In this document: positions 11,900 through 25,378 of the stretch, one piece after another | Numbering within the stretch: the first letter of the stretch is position 1 | Layout: every line of letters begins with the position of its first letter | NCBI GenBank assembly: GCA_026770705.1 | Contig: JANJGN010000071.1 | Location: forward strand, 2,294,001-2,358,000 | Length of the DNA stretch: 64,000 bases | Origin: Isurus oxyrinchus | Lineage: Eukaryota | Reading direction: 5' to 3' | The notes under the pieces: generated by a model | What the model was told of the DNA's origin: nothing | Databases searched by the model: none | What the model saw: only the letters and a program-made list of their open reading frames with translations | Position numbers and translations under genes: made by a program

Positions 11900-13216
11900 T
11901 GTAATATGCCTTTCAGGGACAGCAGCATGACATCACTCGAGGGGAAGTGTGTCATGTGATTTTAGGAATTGGGTATAGCTTAAGTAAGTTCTATGTGTAT
12001 TTGTGTGTGTTAGGCATAAGGTATATGTTTAAGTTCAAGTTTAGTTTGATTTCTGTATTTGTGTGTTAAGAAAGGGGAAAACTTCAGTTTTGGTTTCATT
12101 TTCGTTTAGCAATCTAATGGGGTTTGATGTCTCTTGAAGGAAAGTCAAAACAAACACAAGGTGTAAGAAACTGTGCTATTGCTAAGCAACAGTGATCCAG
12201 AGGGACGGACCCATAGAGACAGAGAAAAACAGAAATGTGCTTTCAGTTCTGTTGAAAGGAGTTGCCAGGAGAAGCAGCAAAGGAGCGGGACAGATAGTCA
12301 GTCCCAAAGTAAAGAAGAAGCCAAAACTATCGAGTGGAACAGGAGAAAGAGCCAAGAAGACCTTCTACTCCAAAGAAGATCAGGAATCTGAAAAAGGTCC
12401 TGTTAAGTCGAGATAAGATTGAGGAGCAGAGGAGGGATCCAAGCTAAAAGAGAAAAAGCAAAAGGACACAGACCTAAAGCAAAAAAGGCTGATTAGAAGC
12501 CAGAAGATCATAGGAGACAGCTAAATGTTGATGTCTTCTTACTATGACCATGTGAAGCCATGGTGTTCCATTGGCATGACTGAGCATTGGAGAGACAACG
12601 CGTAGAAGGAAGGCTGAATGCATGTGGCGATCCAGGGGGCAGGAACATGGGAAGGAGAGTTTGAAATCGTGGAAGTGGACCCTTGTGGAAGGTCTCTGAG
12701 TGAAAGTGTCATGTTAGAGAAGATTCCAAAGAGAGCACTTGGTGAGTAGAGATTGGAAACTCTCATGTGAAAGATACAGTTTTGTAAGACCAGTTGCCTC
12801 ATGGTGAAACAAGTGTCTGGAGTCAGTTGAGCTGAAACCCATAGCATTTGTTCCAATTGGGGTCTATCACTTGGTTACAGAATGTGGTGTCCCTGACACC
12901 AGGTCGTCTATTGGTTTGCATGAACTGTGTACTTAGTGTGAACATGAGAGTATAAGATAGTTATTGTAACTTGTATTCTACTTATGAATCTGTAAATGTA
13001 TAGGTCTGGGTGAAGGAGTAATGTAATATAGTTTGTCTTTCCTAGTTTAATAAATGTTTTATTCTTTTGTTAGAAGGTCATCAGATGATTCCTGTGACTC
13101 TGTTCAGTAGCAGCACTCCACATTCCTAAATAAAAAATAAAAGTTAGGACATATCAAGCTGAGTTCCACCCTGGGATCTGACTTGCCCAGTAGTAACATC
13201 AGCTGGGATGATAACA
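11900..13216 (+). mobile_element. Second solo LTR-like element abutting the first
   Basis: TGTAATA...ATAACA termini, AATAAA at about 13049. Confidence 0.55.
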
Positions 13217-13289
13217 CCATCCAGTCCAAGTTTCACTTTGGCCTGTGAGCAGAACACAGCTCACACAGTTTGGCTGCAGGTGTCTCCCA

Positions 13290-16200
13290 GCTTTCTATCC
13301 TTGTACATCTGTTCTCATGTCCCCATTGTAAATAATTGAACCCACAATGTATTTACCCAATTCCGTATCAGTGGCTGGTGCCTTTATATCATTATAAAAA
13401 CACAACATGGTGATCAGCGGTGGCCAAACATTCTGGCCGCAAGATTCAGTACAGGTATGACATGGTGAACAGCCTGAGATCGAGCTACATGACATGAGAT
13501 GACCCTCGACGCTTTGGTCAGACCACAACAGAGACACAGCATCAGAGAGGGTTGAAATCGCAGTGTACTGACTCTCAGGAAACCTTTGAAGACACAGTGA
13601 CGGGAAAGAGCTCAAGTAAAGAGCTGGGGAGCAGACGGATCCCTCGTGGTGGGATTACAGCACACGGCCTGTAGGTCAGTGAGTGGGATAGTGTGTATCG
13701 CCAGGACCAGCAGCGGGTTAGCTCAGTCAGGGAAGGCGAGTGACCAGGGTGTGGGCTGGATCGATAGTGAGCGAGGGAGATTCAAACACACAAAAACCAT
13801 TATAAAAATCAGCCCAGAGAAGTTAGTGATTATAACGGGCGGCTTCGAGATTGCTGAACAGCAAATTGAATAAAAAACAAAGACTCCATTACTCCGTGGT
13901 GTGTTCCTGCCGCAACCCATCTTCGTGGGCGGAGCTTCGGAAAAGCACGTGAAAGGGGCTAAAGCGACACTCATCCCAGGTCCTGTAGGAGAAGGAAGGT
14001 CAAAGGAATATTGTCAGAATGTCCACAAAATTCCCCAGTTTGAACTGGGATGTAGCTGACCGACTATCTGAATTCAGAATGTTTAAACAGCGTACAGAAC
14101 TCTGGTTTCCTGATTCTGGTGTGACTGAACCAGACGAACCACCCATAAAAATTCACCTCGCGATTGGGAATGAAGGTCTACACAGGCTGAAGACATCAGG
14201 ATTAACAGCAGAAGAGCGAAAGGATCCCAATAGACACGGACGGTATTGGAAGACAGGTTCAGAATCAGGTGAAACTCCAAATTCATCAACTAGAGTTTAT
14301 GTCATTTCATCAGCCGACACAATCCATAGACCACTTCATCAGCTGATGTAGAGAAAAGGGTACGCACTGTGATTTCAAACACAGAGCCTGCAGACAGAGT
14401 TGTTGAGTTGGCAATCGCATCCACTCCCATGGAAGCCTTCCAGAAAGATCTGCTAGATAAGACCAAAACCTATAGCATTGAAGAGCTACTCAAGGATGGA
14501 CATAAATACGAAGTAATCCTTGCAGGTCAACGAAGCTTACAGGTCCTCAGTACAACATCAATTGTTGACACACTCACTAGCACATCCAAACCTAGTGAGA
14601 CGTGTGGCAGGCACCAAGGAAATCCCCAGCTTTCCACCAATCCTGCAAGGCTTGTAGCAGAAAGGGCCATTGACAGCGGCAGGGCACTAGAGCAAAGGCT
14701 GATGCAGCTACAAAGAGCCGTGCGCTGATCCAAACAGACCCTACACAACGGGGAACCTTCAAGCAATAAGAATGACCATCCGCTATCCCATCAGGAACAT
14801 ATACATGTGGTGACTGACAAGCCAGGAAATGGCGATGATGTGCATGACGAGACGAGGTGCGGTGATCGATATTCCACCTCTCACACATATCCTGACGTGG
14901 CTTGCCAATAAATTGTGGATTGTTGTCCTTAATGATATCTCTGGGCACATCAAAGAAACTGAAAATGTCCCATAGGTGTTAGATTTTCTGGCCCCACCCA
15001 CTGCCAGGATTGTCCGGTCCGGCCGAAAGCCAATGGATTTATATTTGTCCCAATCTCCCACGGCAGGTCCCACCATGACTGGGCCGGAAAACCCCGGCTT
15101 AGAGTTTTTGCAACACTTGTGCTCAACGTATTGTGCAACTGTTGAACAATTTCACACCTATTACACCATCAATCTCATGGAGAACAGATGCCGTCACTTC
15201 ACCCGCACTATTGGCCAAGATTCCAATTATCTGCCCTGAGAAAGTTTCTACCTCCCCTTTATTGGCCAAGATTGATACAGGGACAAGTGCCAACATTCCC
15301 CTCCCCCAGCCCACCCCAGCAAATTTTCAAAGACATATATCCAAGGACATGGAATTCCATGGGGAAACCTACTGCTGTGTACAACACTTCACCAACTCCA
15401 TGTGCAGAATCCATAGTCCTAGAGTGCAAGTACAATCAATCTTCCTGGGTGTCACAGATGTTCTACATCGTGCAGAATAAAGGCTGAGCAATTGCAAGTC
15501 TACTGGCATGTGGTGACCTCACACTAGTGACAATCCATGGAATCTGTCAGACCTCACATGGGTCAACATCAGAAACTACCCCATCACCTCAGTTCATTGA
15601 CATAACATTGAAATATGCAGAAAGTTTCAACAATATTGGCAGTTTCAAGGGAGCTGCAACATTACACCTGCAGGAGAATGCAAGTCTGTCAATTGATCCA
15701 GTATATTTAGCACAACAGAAATGACAGCAGCTACAAAAGGGAACAGTGAAAAATTCTACAGGACCTGGGGAAATATCATTGAAAGGGTGGCCTGATTCAG
15801 CTTGACCTCATCGGGATAAGTGAGGCATCTCCCAGGGAACCATTTTTAATGGCAGGCAGGGCATCATACCGGAGCCTTTGTGATCCTATATTCTTCAACA
15901 ACTTCATCCCTCACACATTGGCACAGATCAGACAAGGAGACTCACAAGAGATATACTCCCTGGCCGGTTATGAAGAATGACCTTGAAGTCGTTGTAGGGA
16001 AGTACGAGGCTTGTCAAGAGGATGAGCCAAGTCAGCACAAAGAACCACTGATTCCACAGGAAATTCCTGCCCATTCTTAGTCCAAAATCAGGTCTGAATC
16101 CTTTCATTTCCATGTCACTGACTTCATCATCATCGTCGACAGCTTTACCAGATATCCCGTTATTCAAAAATAGCACAACACAACAAGCACAACTGGTGCA

Positions 16201-17200
16201 CACACTCTAAGCACTATTTTCAGTTTATTTGGTGAGCCTAGGGACATGATTACAGATAATCTGGAATATCAATCACACTACTTCTTCTCCTCATTACCCC
16301 AGATCTAACAGCCTCGCTGAATGAATGATTCACACAGTGAAATCCCTAATTCTCAAATGTAGACAGGCCAAGCAAGATCCACACATTGCAATGTTACATC
16401 TGAGATCGACACCTACAACTGCAACTTTGTTAAATTCATTCATGGGATGTGGGAGTCACTGGCCAGGCCAGGATTTATTACCCATCCCTAATGTAAGAGT
16501 CAACCACATTGACGTGGAGTCTGGAGTCACATGTCGGCCAGACAATTTTGTTCCCTAAACGGCACTGGTGAACCAGGTGGGATTTCCAACAATGGTTTTG
16601 TGGTCATTGCTAGACTTTGAATTTCATATTTTTATTAAATTCAAATTCCATCATCTATTATGGTCGGATTTGAACCCATATTCTCAGGCCATTACCCTGG
16701 GTCTCTGAATTACTCATCCAGCAACAATACCACTACACCATCACCTCACCTTATTCCATCACTGACAGAGAGCATGTTTGGTGGGCCAGTAGTGACCAAT
16801 TTCGCTACTCTTACCCATTCTACTCTCTCAGAAACCAGAGGGCAACTTTTAAAACTACAAGAGAAGATAAGGAATGTTCATGATAAAAATGGAGGTGCAG
16901 AGTTGCCAAGTTTACAGTTGGGACAAGTTCACATCCAGCATCCCACAGAAGGTTCATGACCACCAGCCGAGGTGACGAGGATTTGTTCAGAACCAAGGGC
17001 CTATGGAGTCAAACACACAAGGGCACAGCGGTGAGGCGGAACCGAGGATAAATCAGATCCATTCCCGCTCCTATTCCATCGAGGAGAAGATCCCACATGA
17101 AATCAGGAACAACATCCAAGGATGACAATCCCACAGATCACTGTGAGCAGTTAAAGACACCTCCGGACAAGGGAACCAGCACAAGATCTGGGTGGACAGA
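13290..17200 (+). mobile_element. Decayed Ty3/Gypsy LTR retrotransposon (gag, protease, integrase remnants)
   Basis: LTR-end CAACA followed by TGG PBS-like sequence at about 13408; gag MSTKFPSLNWD..RMFKQRTELWF; protease AKIDTG; integrase EACQ..KEPLIP and TVKSLILKC..DPHIAMLHLRSTP; many stops and frameshifts. Confidence 0.85.
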
Positions 17201-18162
17201 AGGTTGAATCCACACTTTAGAGACTCAAATATTCAACAGTTCCATGCACTTATGTAATTGTCAATAAATATGAACATGATATGAGAAACCGCTTGTTCCC
17301 TGCCCTTCTGAAAGAGCCATTCCTGCAGCAGGAGCCTGAAGAGTTACTGATAAGAGATTTAATTTATTGGATTGTAGAATGATCCGGAACTGAAGGAAGC
17401 CATTTGGCCCATCGAGCATGTGCTGGGCCTTTGAACGATCTGTCCAATTAGTCCCACTCTCACCTCTGATCTCTCCCCCACAGCCCTGCAAAATGTCCCC
17501 TTCAAATCAAATCAAATGTATACAACATAATAAAGCCTCTGTGGACACTATACAATTATTTTGAATTCCAGCTTTTCTAAGCTCATTAAAGCTGTTTTCA
17601 GGTTTGAACTAGAGTTAGACAATCAGCCCAATGTTGCTTCACAGAATGATTTGAAATTCAAGGTGAGAATGGACAGGAAGTGTGACACTGAACAGCCTGT
17701 CTATTCTAGGAGCTGCTGTGTTGTCTTCATGGGAAATTCTTTTTAAAATCAGCAAAAGACACAAATTTCAGATTATTGCTATCAGGATCCTAGAACCTGG
17801 ATCGATTTCATCCCCCAGTTTTTATCCCTGATTTTCAGCTCAACCCATCCCTCCCCATCTCTCACTGACCAACACCCGACATCACCTGAAGTTTAAGATT
17901 CTGCTCTCGCTGCTACAATTCTGCTAACCCTGTAACCTCCTCCAGCCCCTACAACCCTCTGAGATCTCTGCTCTCCTCCAATTCTGCTGTCAGACAGGGA
18001 GTCAGTGTATATCAGTGAGCACAGGGGTGATGGGTGAATGGGACTTGGTATGAGTTAGTACACTGGCTCACTGCTGAATCAGTTCCCAATCACAGCTCAA
18101 TAAGAATGATCTTTTACGAAGACTATTGACCATAAATCTGTCCAAGCTGACGATGATATTAC

Positions 18163-18202
18163 CTTGGAAAAGTGACAGGAAGAAGTAAGATTTCCCGATC
18201 AT
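18163..18202 (-). CDS. Gene A leader exon, copy 1 (MIGKSYFFLSLFQ, phase 1)
   Basis: 40 coding nt ending CAAG|GTAAT; upstream acceptor ctcctttctctttcag; in phase with the V exons. Confidence 0.85.
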
Positions 18203-18646
18203 TGTCCACTCATAGATATTCCATCAGCTTCTCACTCTGAAACTCTGAAAGAGAAAGGAGTTAATGAGACTTCAACTCTTGTCCGACAGCTCTCGAGAGA
18301 TCAGAACTGCTTTTAGACAATGTCTTCACAGACTAATTTGATTCTCGGTGGGATGATAGATGCTCTGCAGAGAGTTACAAGGTTTTAAGGAAGAAAAACA
18401 ATGAAGGATTTGCATTTCTATGCAACCTTTCACCTCCTCAGGGCATCCCAAAGCTCATGTCACTCCACTTCCCTCGCCCCTTGAGCTAGAAGGATGTTCT
18501 GTATGACAGACTTGACCCTCACACCCAGATCTCAATAATCATTAGAAATCTTTCAAAGGCATCAATCATTGGAATCTGTCTTCATAAAGTCACAACATCA
18601 ACAAAGGACGGTGTTGGAAGTGAATTCCAATCATTCCGTTACTTAC

Positions 18647-18800
18647 CCAGGAGCTGTCCGACTGCTCGCCTGGGGAGGAACTGCCCACACGCTCTGCTTG
18701 GGCTGAATGACCTCTTCCTGTGCTGCTCCCTCTGTGTATTTAATTAGAAAGAGCTGATATGTCACTGTGAGACAAAATGAGGAAGTTGGAACAAAGTGAG
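18647..18800 (-). promoter_or_regulatory. Gene A non-coding exon 1 and proximal promoter, copy 1
   Basis: Donor CTGG|GTAAGT at 18646; AT-rich TAAATA element at about 18740; GAGGAAGT (PU.1/ETS-type) at about 18779. Confidence 0.6.
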
Positions 18801-19923
18801 AGAACAGCACTTAGCTGTGCACTGTCAGTAAACCCTGTGTATGTATAAGAATATAAGAACAGAACAAGTAGGATCAGCTGGACACCCTGATATTTTCATT
18901 CCTTATATTCCATCAACTCATTTTTTTATCTACTCACTGAAACTATTTATCTCTGTCTGCAGCCTCTTTGTGTCCTCCTCACAACTTGCTTTCCTGCCCA
19001 GCTTATATATTTCCTACCTATCTTCACCATACAGTCAGAAAATCTGCCGACAGTACAGTCAGTCTCTTCATCCAAGTCACTAATGTAGATTGTGAATAGT
19101 TGAGGCTTTGAAATATCTGTCTAATTATTCCCACGCTCAGCTCTACTCTCTCCTCCAAAGCCCTGCAAAATGTCCCCTTCAAGTATTTATCTAGTTCCCC
19201 TTCTGAAAGTTCCTGTTGAATCTGCTTCCACCGCCCTTTCAGGCAGTGAGTCAATGGTCTCTCTCTGAGCTGCAAAGTGCTCAGATTCTGTGAAATTTAA
19301 ACTCTGCAGCAGGTCAGAGACACTCATGATAACTCAGAATATTTGACAGTTCTACACACAGACAGCTTTGCCTCCCTTCTCTCTTTCAGTTATCTTGCTC
19401 CCTTATCAAAGTATCTAGCATGGTGAGAATGGACAGGAAGTGTGACACTGAACAGCCTGTCTATTCTAGGAGCTGCTGTGTTGTCTTCATGGGAAATTCT
19501 GTCTAATATCAGCAAAAGACACAAATTTCAGGATATTGCCATCAGAGTCCTAGCACCTGGATATATTTCATCCCCCAGTTTTTATCCCTGACTTTCTGCT
19601 CAACCCATTACTCCCCGTCTCTCACTGACCAACACCCGACATCACCTGAAGTTTAAGATTCTGCTCTAGCTGCTACAATCCTGCCTAATTGTGTAACCGT
19701 CTCCAGCCCCTACAACCCTCTGAGATCTCTATTCTTCTCCAATTCTGCTGTCAGACAGGGAGTCAGTGTATATCAGTGAGCACAGGGGTGATGGGTGAAT
19801 GGGACTTGGTGTGAGTTTGTACACTAGCTCACTGCTGAATTAGTTCCCAATCAGAGGTCAATAAGAATGATCTTTTACGAAGACTATTAACCATAAATCT
19901 ATCTGAGCTGACGATGATATTAC

Positions 19924-19963
19924 CTTGGAGAAGTGACAGGAGGCAGTAAGATTTCCCGATCAT
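19924..19963 (-). CDS. Gene A leader exon, copy 2 (MIGKSYCLLSLLQ, phase 1)
   Basis: 40 coding nt ending CAAG|GTAAT; the upstream acceptor reads ctttcaa (AG lost), though a nearby AG may substitute. Confidence 0.75.
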
Positions 19964-20399
19964 TGTCCACTCCCAGATATTTCAACAGCTTCTCACTCTC
20001 AAACTTTGAAAGAGAAAGGAGTTAATGAGACCTCACCTCTTGTCCGACAGCTCTCGTGAGATCAGAACTGCTTTTAGACAAGACTTACTTGATTCTCCAT
20101 GGGATGATAGGTGCTCTGCAGAGAGTTACTAAGCTTTCAGAAAGAAAAACTATGTAGGGTTTGCATTTCTGTAGCACCTATCACCACCTCAGTATGTCCC
20201 AAATCTCATGACCCTGCACTTCCCTCATCCCTTGAGCTAGAAAGATGTTCTGTACAACTTGAGCCTCACACCCAGAACTCAATAATCAGTAGAAATCTTT
20301 CAAAGGCATCAATCATTGGAATCTGTCTTTATAAAGTCACAACATCAACAAAGGACAGTGTTGGTGGTGGAAGTGAATTCCAATCGTTCTGTTACTTAC

Positions 20400-20560
20400 C
20401 CAGGACCTGTCCGACTGCTCGCCTGGGGAGGAACTGCCCACACGCTCTGCTTGGGCTGAATGACCTCTTCCTGTGCTGCTCCCTCTGTGTATTTAATTAG
20501 AAAGGGTTGATGTGTCACTGTGAGACAAAATGAGGAAGTTGGAACAAAGTGAGAGAACAG
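20400..20560 (-). promoter_or_regulatory. Gene A non-coding exon 1 and proximal promoter, copy 2
   Basis: Donor GTAAGT at 20399; GAGGAAGT at about 20532. Confidence 0.6.
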
Positions 20561-20859
20561 CACTTTGCTGTGCACTGTCAGTAAACCCTGTGTCTGTATA
20601 AGAATATAAGAACAGAACAAGTAGGATCAGCTGGACACCCTGATATTTTCATTCCTTATATTCCATCCACTCATTTTTTTGTCCCCTCTCTGAAACTATT
20701 AATCTCCCTCTGCAGCCTCTTTGTGTCCTCCTCACAGCTTGCTTTCCTGCTCAGCTTATATATTTCCTACCTATCTTCACCACACAGTCAGAAAATCTGC
20801 CTACAGTATAGTCAGTCTCTTCATCCAAGTCACTAATGTAGTTTGTGAATAGTTGAGGC

Positions 20860-23545
20860 CTCAGCACTGATCCCTGTGGCTCTCCACTAGTTACAGTTTA
20901 CCATGCTGAAAATCACCCATTTATCCTGGCTCTCTGTTTCCTGTCAGTTAGCCAGTCCTCTATCCATATTAATATATCCCCCCCAACACCATCCAATTTC
21001 ACCCTGTGCAGTATCCTTTGATGTGGCACCTTATCGAAAGCCTTTTGGAAATGCAATGTCATGAAGAGATATTTGTGTGTAAAATGTCCTTGGAAATTAT
21101 TTTTTAAAATAGAATTCTAGTGGTGGTCCATGTATAGGTGTGTGTCTGGGTGTGTCTTAATTGGATTAAAGCCAGCTGGTCTGTGTGCTTTGATGTTTAA
21201 TATTTTTGAGATGTTAATTGGGTGAATTGTGAGGAGAACAGTTAAGTGTTCATTTGCAATTGTTGAATAAACCATTCCAGACTGGGGGTAAAATCTTGCA
21301 CCTAGTTAGAAGGAGCCAAAAGATGTGTTTTTTCTTGAACTTACTAATGAAATTGGTGCTATGAAAGGGGGTTTTATTGTTCGAAGAGCTGGAGTTCAGA
21401 AGACCGAGTGATACAATGGAAAATTTACATTCAAAGGGAAAGCTAGCTATATAAAGGAAGGAGTTTGTGTGTGTGAGGCAGGAGCATTTCAGACCTAACC
21501 AGCCTGTAGCCTCCAACCAACTTCTAAAGGAACCTCATTCGGAATTCATAATGTCAAATGTGCTTTGCCTGGTGTCTACATTATGTCAATGGTTCATTGT
21601 TGCCTTAGGAGAGATTTATGTACGGGTGATTAATTTGGGGATTTGTTAAAATGTTATTATAGTAGTTATTTGTAGCCAATGTGTATGTGTTAAATTTGTT
21701 GTTAAATTAATAAATGGTTTATTTAGTTTTATATAAAAAACCCACAATCCTCGGTGGTCTTATTCCTACTGAATTCAAAGTCTTCATCTCGAAATTACAA
21801 ATAGCAAAATTAGGTTATGACAGTTATTTCAATTTTCCCTCTGGGATTTGAACAACTCAGCCTTTACCCTTGGCTGTGTCATAGTCCCTAATACACCACA
21901 TCTACAGGTTCCCCTTTATCCAATCCACTTGTTACATCCTCGAGGAAATCTAATTATTTTTTCAAACATGATATCCCTTTCACAAACCCATGTTGACTCT
22001 GTCTGATTGAATTATGGATTTCTAAATGTCCTGCTGCTCCCTCCTTCATAATGAATTCTGGTATTTTCCCAATGACAGATATTAGACTAACTGACCTGTA
22101 GTTTCTTGCTTTCTACCTCCCCCCTTTATTGAACAGAAATGTTTTATTTATGTTTTTCCAATCCACTGGGACCTTCCCATAATCTAAGGAATTCTGGAAG
22201 ATTACAACCAATGCATCCACCGTCTCTGCAGCCATTTCCTTTCAGACCCTCACATTCAGGCCGTCTGCTCCATGGGACTTGTCAGCATTTGTCTCATTAG
22301 TTTTCTTAATACTTTTTCTCTGGTGATAGTGATTGTTTTATGTTCCTCCCTCCTTGTTGCACCGTGACTTTCTCCTGCTATTGGGATGGTTTTAGAGATT
22401 TTTACTGTGAAGACAGACACAAAATTCTTGTTGAAAGTATCTGTCATTTCCTGTTTCCCATTATTAATTCCCCAGTCTGATTTTCTATGTGTCCCATTAT
22501 TACTGGATCTTCTCTCTTATTTTAATGTACAACATCTCACTGTCATTGTTTATGGTTCTTGCTAGTTTACTCTCATATCATCATTTCTGCCTCCTTATAT
22601 TTCTCCCCTCACTTTTCTGGTTTCTCAAATATTCCCAATCTCCAGCCTATCACTAAGCATCCCAACATTGCCGGCTTTATCTCACAATTGGATACCGTCC
22701 TTAGCTTCCTGAGTTAGCCACCGATGCTCCATCCTTTTTATAGATTCTTTCTTTCTTACTGGAAAATATCTTCATTGGAATTTATGAAACATCTCTTTAG
22801 ACGCCTGTTACTCCTCATCTACACACCCCCCCCCCCCCACTTTAACCTGCTGTCCCACTCTACTTGGGCCGACTCTACTTTTAACCCTTGTAATTGCCTT
22901 TAGTTAAGTTTATGACACTAGCTTAAGAAGCAAGTTTCTAAACTGAATATTAAATTTCAACACCGTATGATTACTCTTCCCTTGAGGGTCCTTTACAACG
23001 AGATGTTAATTAGTCTTGTCTCATTAAACATTGCCAGGACTAAAACAGCCTCTTCCCTGGTTGGTTCCATGTTGGATTGTTCTAAAATACTGTCCTGAAT
23101 ACAATCTGTATAACCTCGCTGAAAGCTACATTTGCTAATCTGATTTGGCTAATCCATATGACGATTGAAAACTCCCATGATTAATGTGGTGCCTTTCTCA
23201 TAAACCTCCTCATGTATTGATTTATAATCTACCCCTGCAGTGTAACTACATTCAGGGGGGAGTATAAACCAACCCACCAGAGATTTCTTTCCCTTGCAAT
23301 TCCTTATGTTCACCCAAACTGACTGTGCATCTTGACATTTGAGCCAAGATCATTTCTCACTACTTTACAGGTCTCATCTTTTATTAAGAGAGCGACCCCA
23401 CCTCCTTTTCATTTTTCCTATCCTTTCAAAGATTCCAAATATCCTTCAATTTTCAATTTCCAACCTTGGTCACTTTGCAACCAACTCTCTGCAGTGTCCA
23501 TCTTATCGTACCCATTAATCTCTATTTGTGCTATAACTTCATTCA
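20860..23545 (-). mobile_element. Decayed CR1 LINE ORF2, interrupted by an LTR-like insertion
   Basis: MTDTFNKNFVSVFTV..ITITREKVLRKLM ORF and CR1-like RT/endonuclease nucleotide motifs on the minus strand. Confidence 0.75.
21057..21885 (+). mobile_element. Solo LTR-like element inserted in the CR1
   Basis: TGTCATG start, TATA (ctatataaag), AATAAA; similar to 25509..26266. Confidence 0.7.
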
Positions 23546-24323
23546 TTTGTTCCAACTTTATATTTTATATATTCATTCTTCCATGGGAAGTGGGCATCAC
23601 TGGCTAGGCCAGCATTTATGGCCCATCCCTAATTACCTTGAGAAGGTGGTGGTGAGCTGCCTTCCTGAACCTCTGCAGTCCATGTGGTGTAGGTACACCC
23701 ACAATGCAGTTAGAGAAGGAAGTCCAAGATTTTGACCCTAGTGGCAGTGAAGGAATGGCGATATATTTCAAAATCAGGATGATGTGTGTCTTGGAGGCGA
23801 ACTTCCAGGTGGTGGTGTCTGGGCATTTCAATCCCTTGTGACAATAAATGTAATATTATAGAAAATGCAAAGGCTTCTTGTAATCTATCACAGAATAAAC
23901 AAGTTGCAGAATTCAGAAAGCACTTTCTGAAATGTCAACAAAGTTCAGTGACATCACATTTCTGCTAATTACTATTCGGCCATGTTGGCTGCACGCAGTC
24001 AGGCAGTCCCTCGGTTGTGATGTGTCCACACAGCAGTACTGGGATGCATCAGCATCAAAGGACATGCTTAGTTGTTGCCGTGCAATGCATTTATTGCGAG
24101 GCTGTTGCACACACGCCCTGTCGATGGACCCTCCGAATTACCATTCTGAATCGAGGCAGATCAACTTTCCTGCAACAACTTGCATTTATATGGCACACTT
24201 AATGTAACAAACTGTCCCCAATCTCTTCAGGGGATTGTTACCTACATATAAATCCATCTCAGAGACACATAATGAGGTATTAGGGACAGGTGACAAAAAG
24301 CTGATTTCACAAAGCCAGTTAAT

Positions 24324-24505
24324 NNNNNNNNNNNNNNNNNNNNNNNNNNNNNNNNNNNNNNNNNNNNNNNNNNNNNNNNNNNNNNNNNNNNNNNNNNNNN
24401 NNNNNNNNNNNNNNNNNNNNNNNNNNNNNNNNNNNNNNNNNNNNNNNNNNNNNNNNNNNNNNNNNNNNNNNNNNNNNNNNNNNNNNNNNNNNNNNNNNNN
24501 NNNNN
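24324..24505. other. Assembly gap (others at 39593-39811, 41060-41199, 42418-42595, 43513-43762)
   Basis: Runs of N. Confidence 1.
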
Positions 24506-24704
24506 ACTGAATCTCTGTCCCCAATGACTCAGCATCAAGTCGTCACTGGGGAAACATTTCATTCCAAACCACACCAACCACAGACCCATTCAGTCCCTTC
24601 CTCCCTCTCTCCCCCTCTCCCCCAGTGGGTTGTCTCATGTTCCCAAGAATCTTCATCCCTGCCACCATCCACAAACCTCCTGACCACCTCTGCCTTTTTC
24701 ACGC

Positions 24705-24953
24705 TCAGTTTCTCTTGAATCTGATCTGTGCGTATTCCGTCTGCTCTTCCCTGTGGACAGACCCATCACCACTGGGCACCCTGAAGACTTGGGGATTGGC
24801 GTAGAGAAGCTCGTCGGGATTGTCAGGGTTCCCATGTCCAGCATCGCCTCCCACTGCACATTCAGAGACACCCCGGGGAGCTGGGGTCTCCCCCTCGCTA
24901 GTTGTGTCTCTGGTTGTGTTCCGGGGCTCAGTAATCAGCACGTTCTGTTTACC
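24705..24953 (-). CDS. Siglec terminal cytoplasmic exon, orphan copy (LLYANP, TEYAQI)
   Basis: 249 bp, acceptor tttctctgtag, phase 0, ends in stop; AATAAA at 24090-24095; paralog of 47302..47550. Confidence 0.88.
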   Translation of the reverse strand, partial: GKQNVLITEPRNTTRDTTSEGETPAPRGVSECAVGGDAGHGNPDNPDELLYANPQVFRVPSGDGSVHREEQTEYAQIRFKRN

Positions 24954-25099
24954 CTACAGAGAAATGGAAACAGAAGGCATCCTCACATCATTTACTGGCA
25001 CTGATAGGGTTAAAATATTCTGCAGCCTCGTTAGTGTCAGTCGTGGGTCAGTGGGTTTAACCCTCTCTCACATGTCTTATGAAAGAAAACACCTATGGC

Positions 25100-25378
25100 A
25101 GTGCAGTGCTCCCTCAGTACTGACCCTTCGATAGTGCAGCACTTCCTCAATGCTGACCATCCAACAGTGCAGCACTCCCTCAGTACTGACCCTCCGACAG
25201 TGCAGCGCTCCCTCAGTACTGACCCTCCAGCAGTGCAGCACTCCCTCAGTACTGACCCTCCGACAGTACAGGTCTTCCTCAGTACTGACCCTCTGACAGT
25301 GCAGCACTCCCTCAGTACTGACCCTCTGACAGTGCAGCACTCCCTCAGTACTGACCCTCTGTCAGTCTTGCACTCCCT
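25100..25378. repeat. 30-bp minisatellite array in the last Siglec intron
   Basis: CAGTGCAGCACTCCCTCAGTACTGACCCTC units. Confidence 0.95.

Larger units (their letters stand above)
17662..20858. repeat. Tandem duplication of the promoter + non-coding exon 1 + leader exon module
   Basis: 17662-19105 aligns with 19422-20858 (offset about 1760); a paralogous copy lies at about 62960-64000. Confidence 0.93.
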
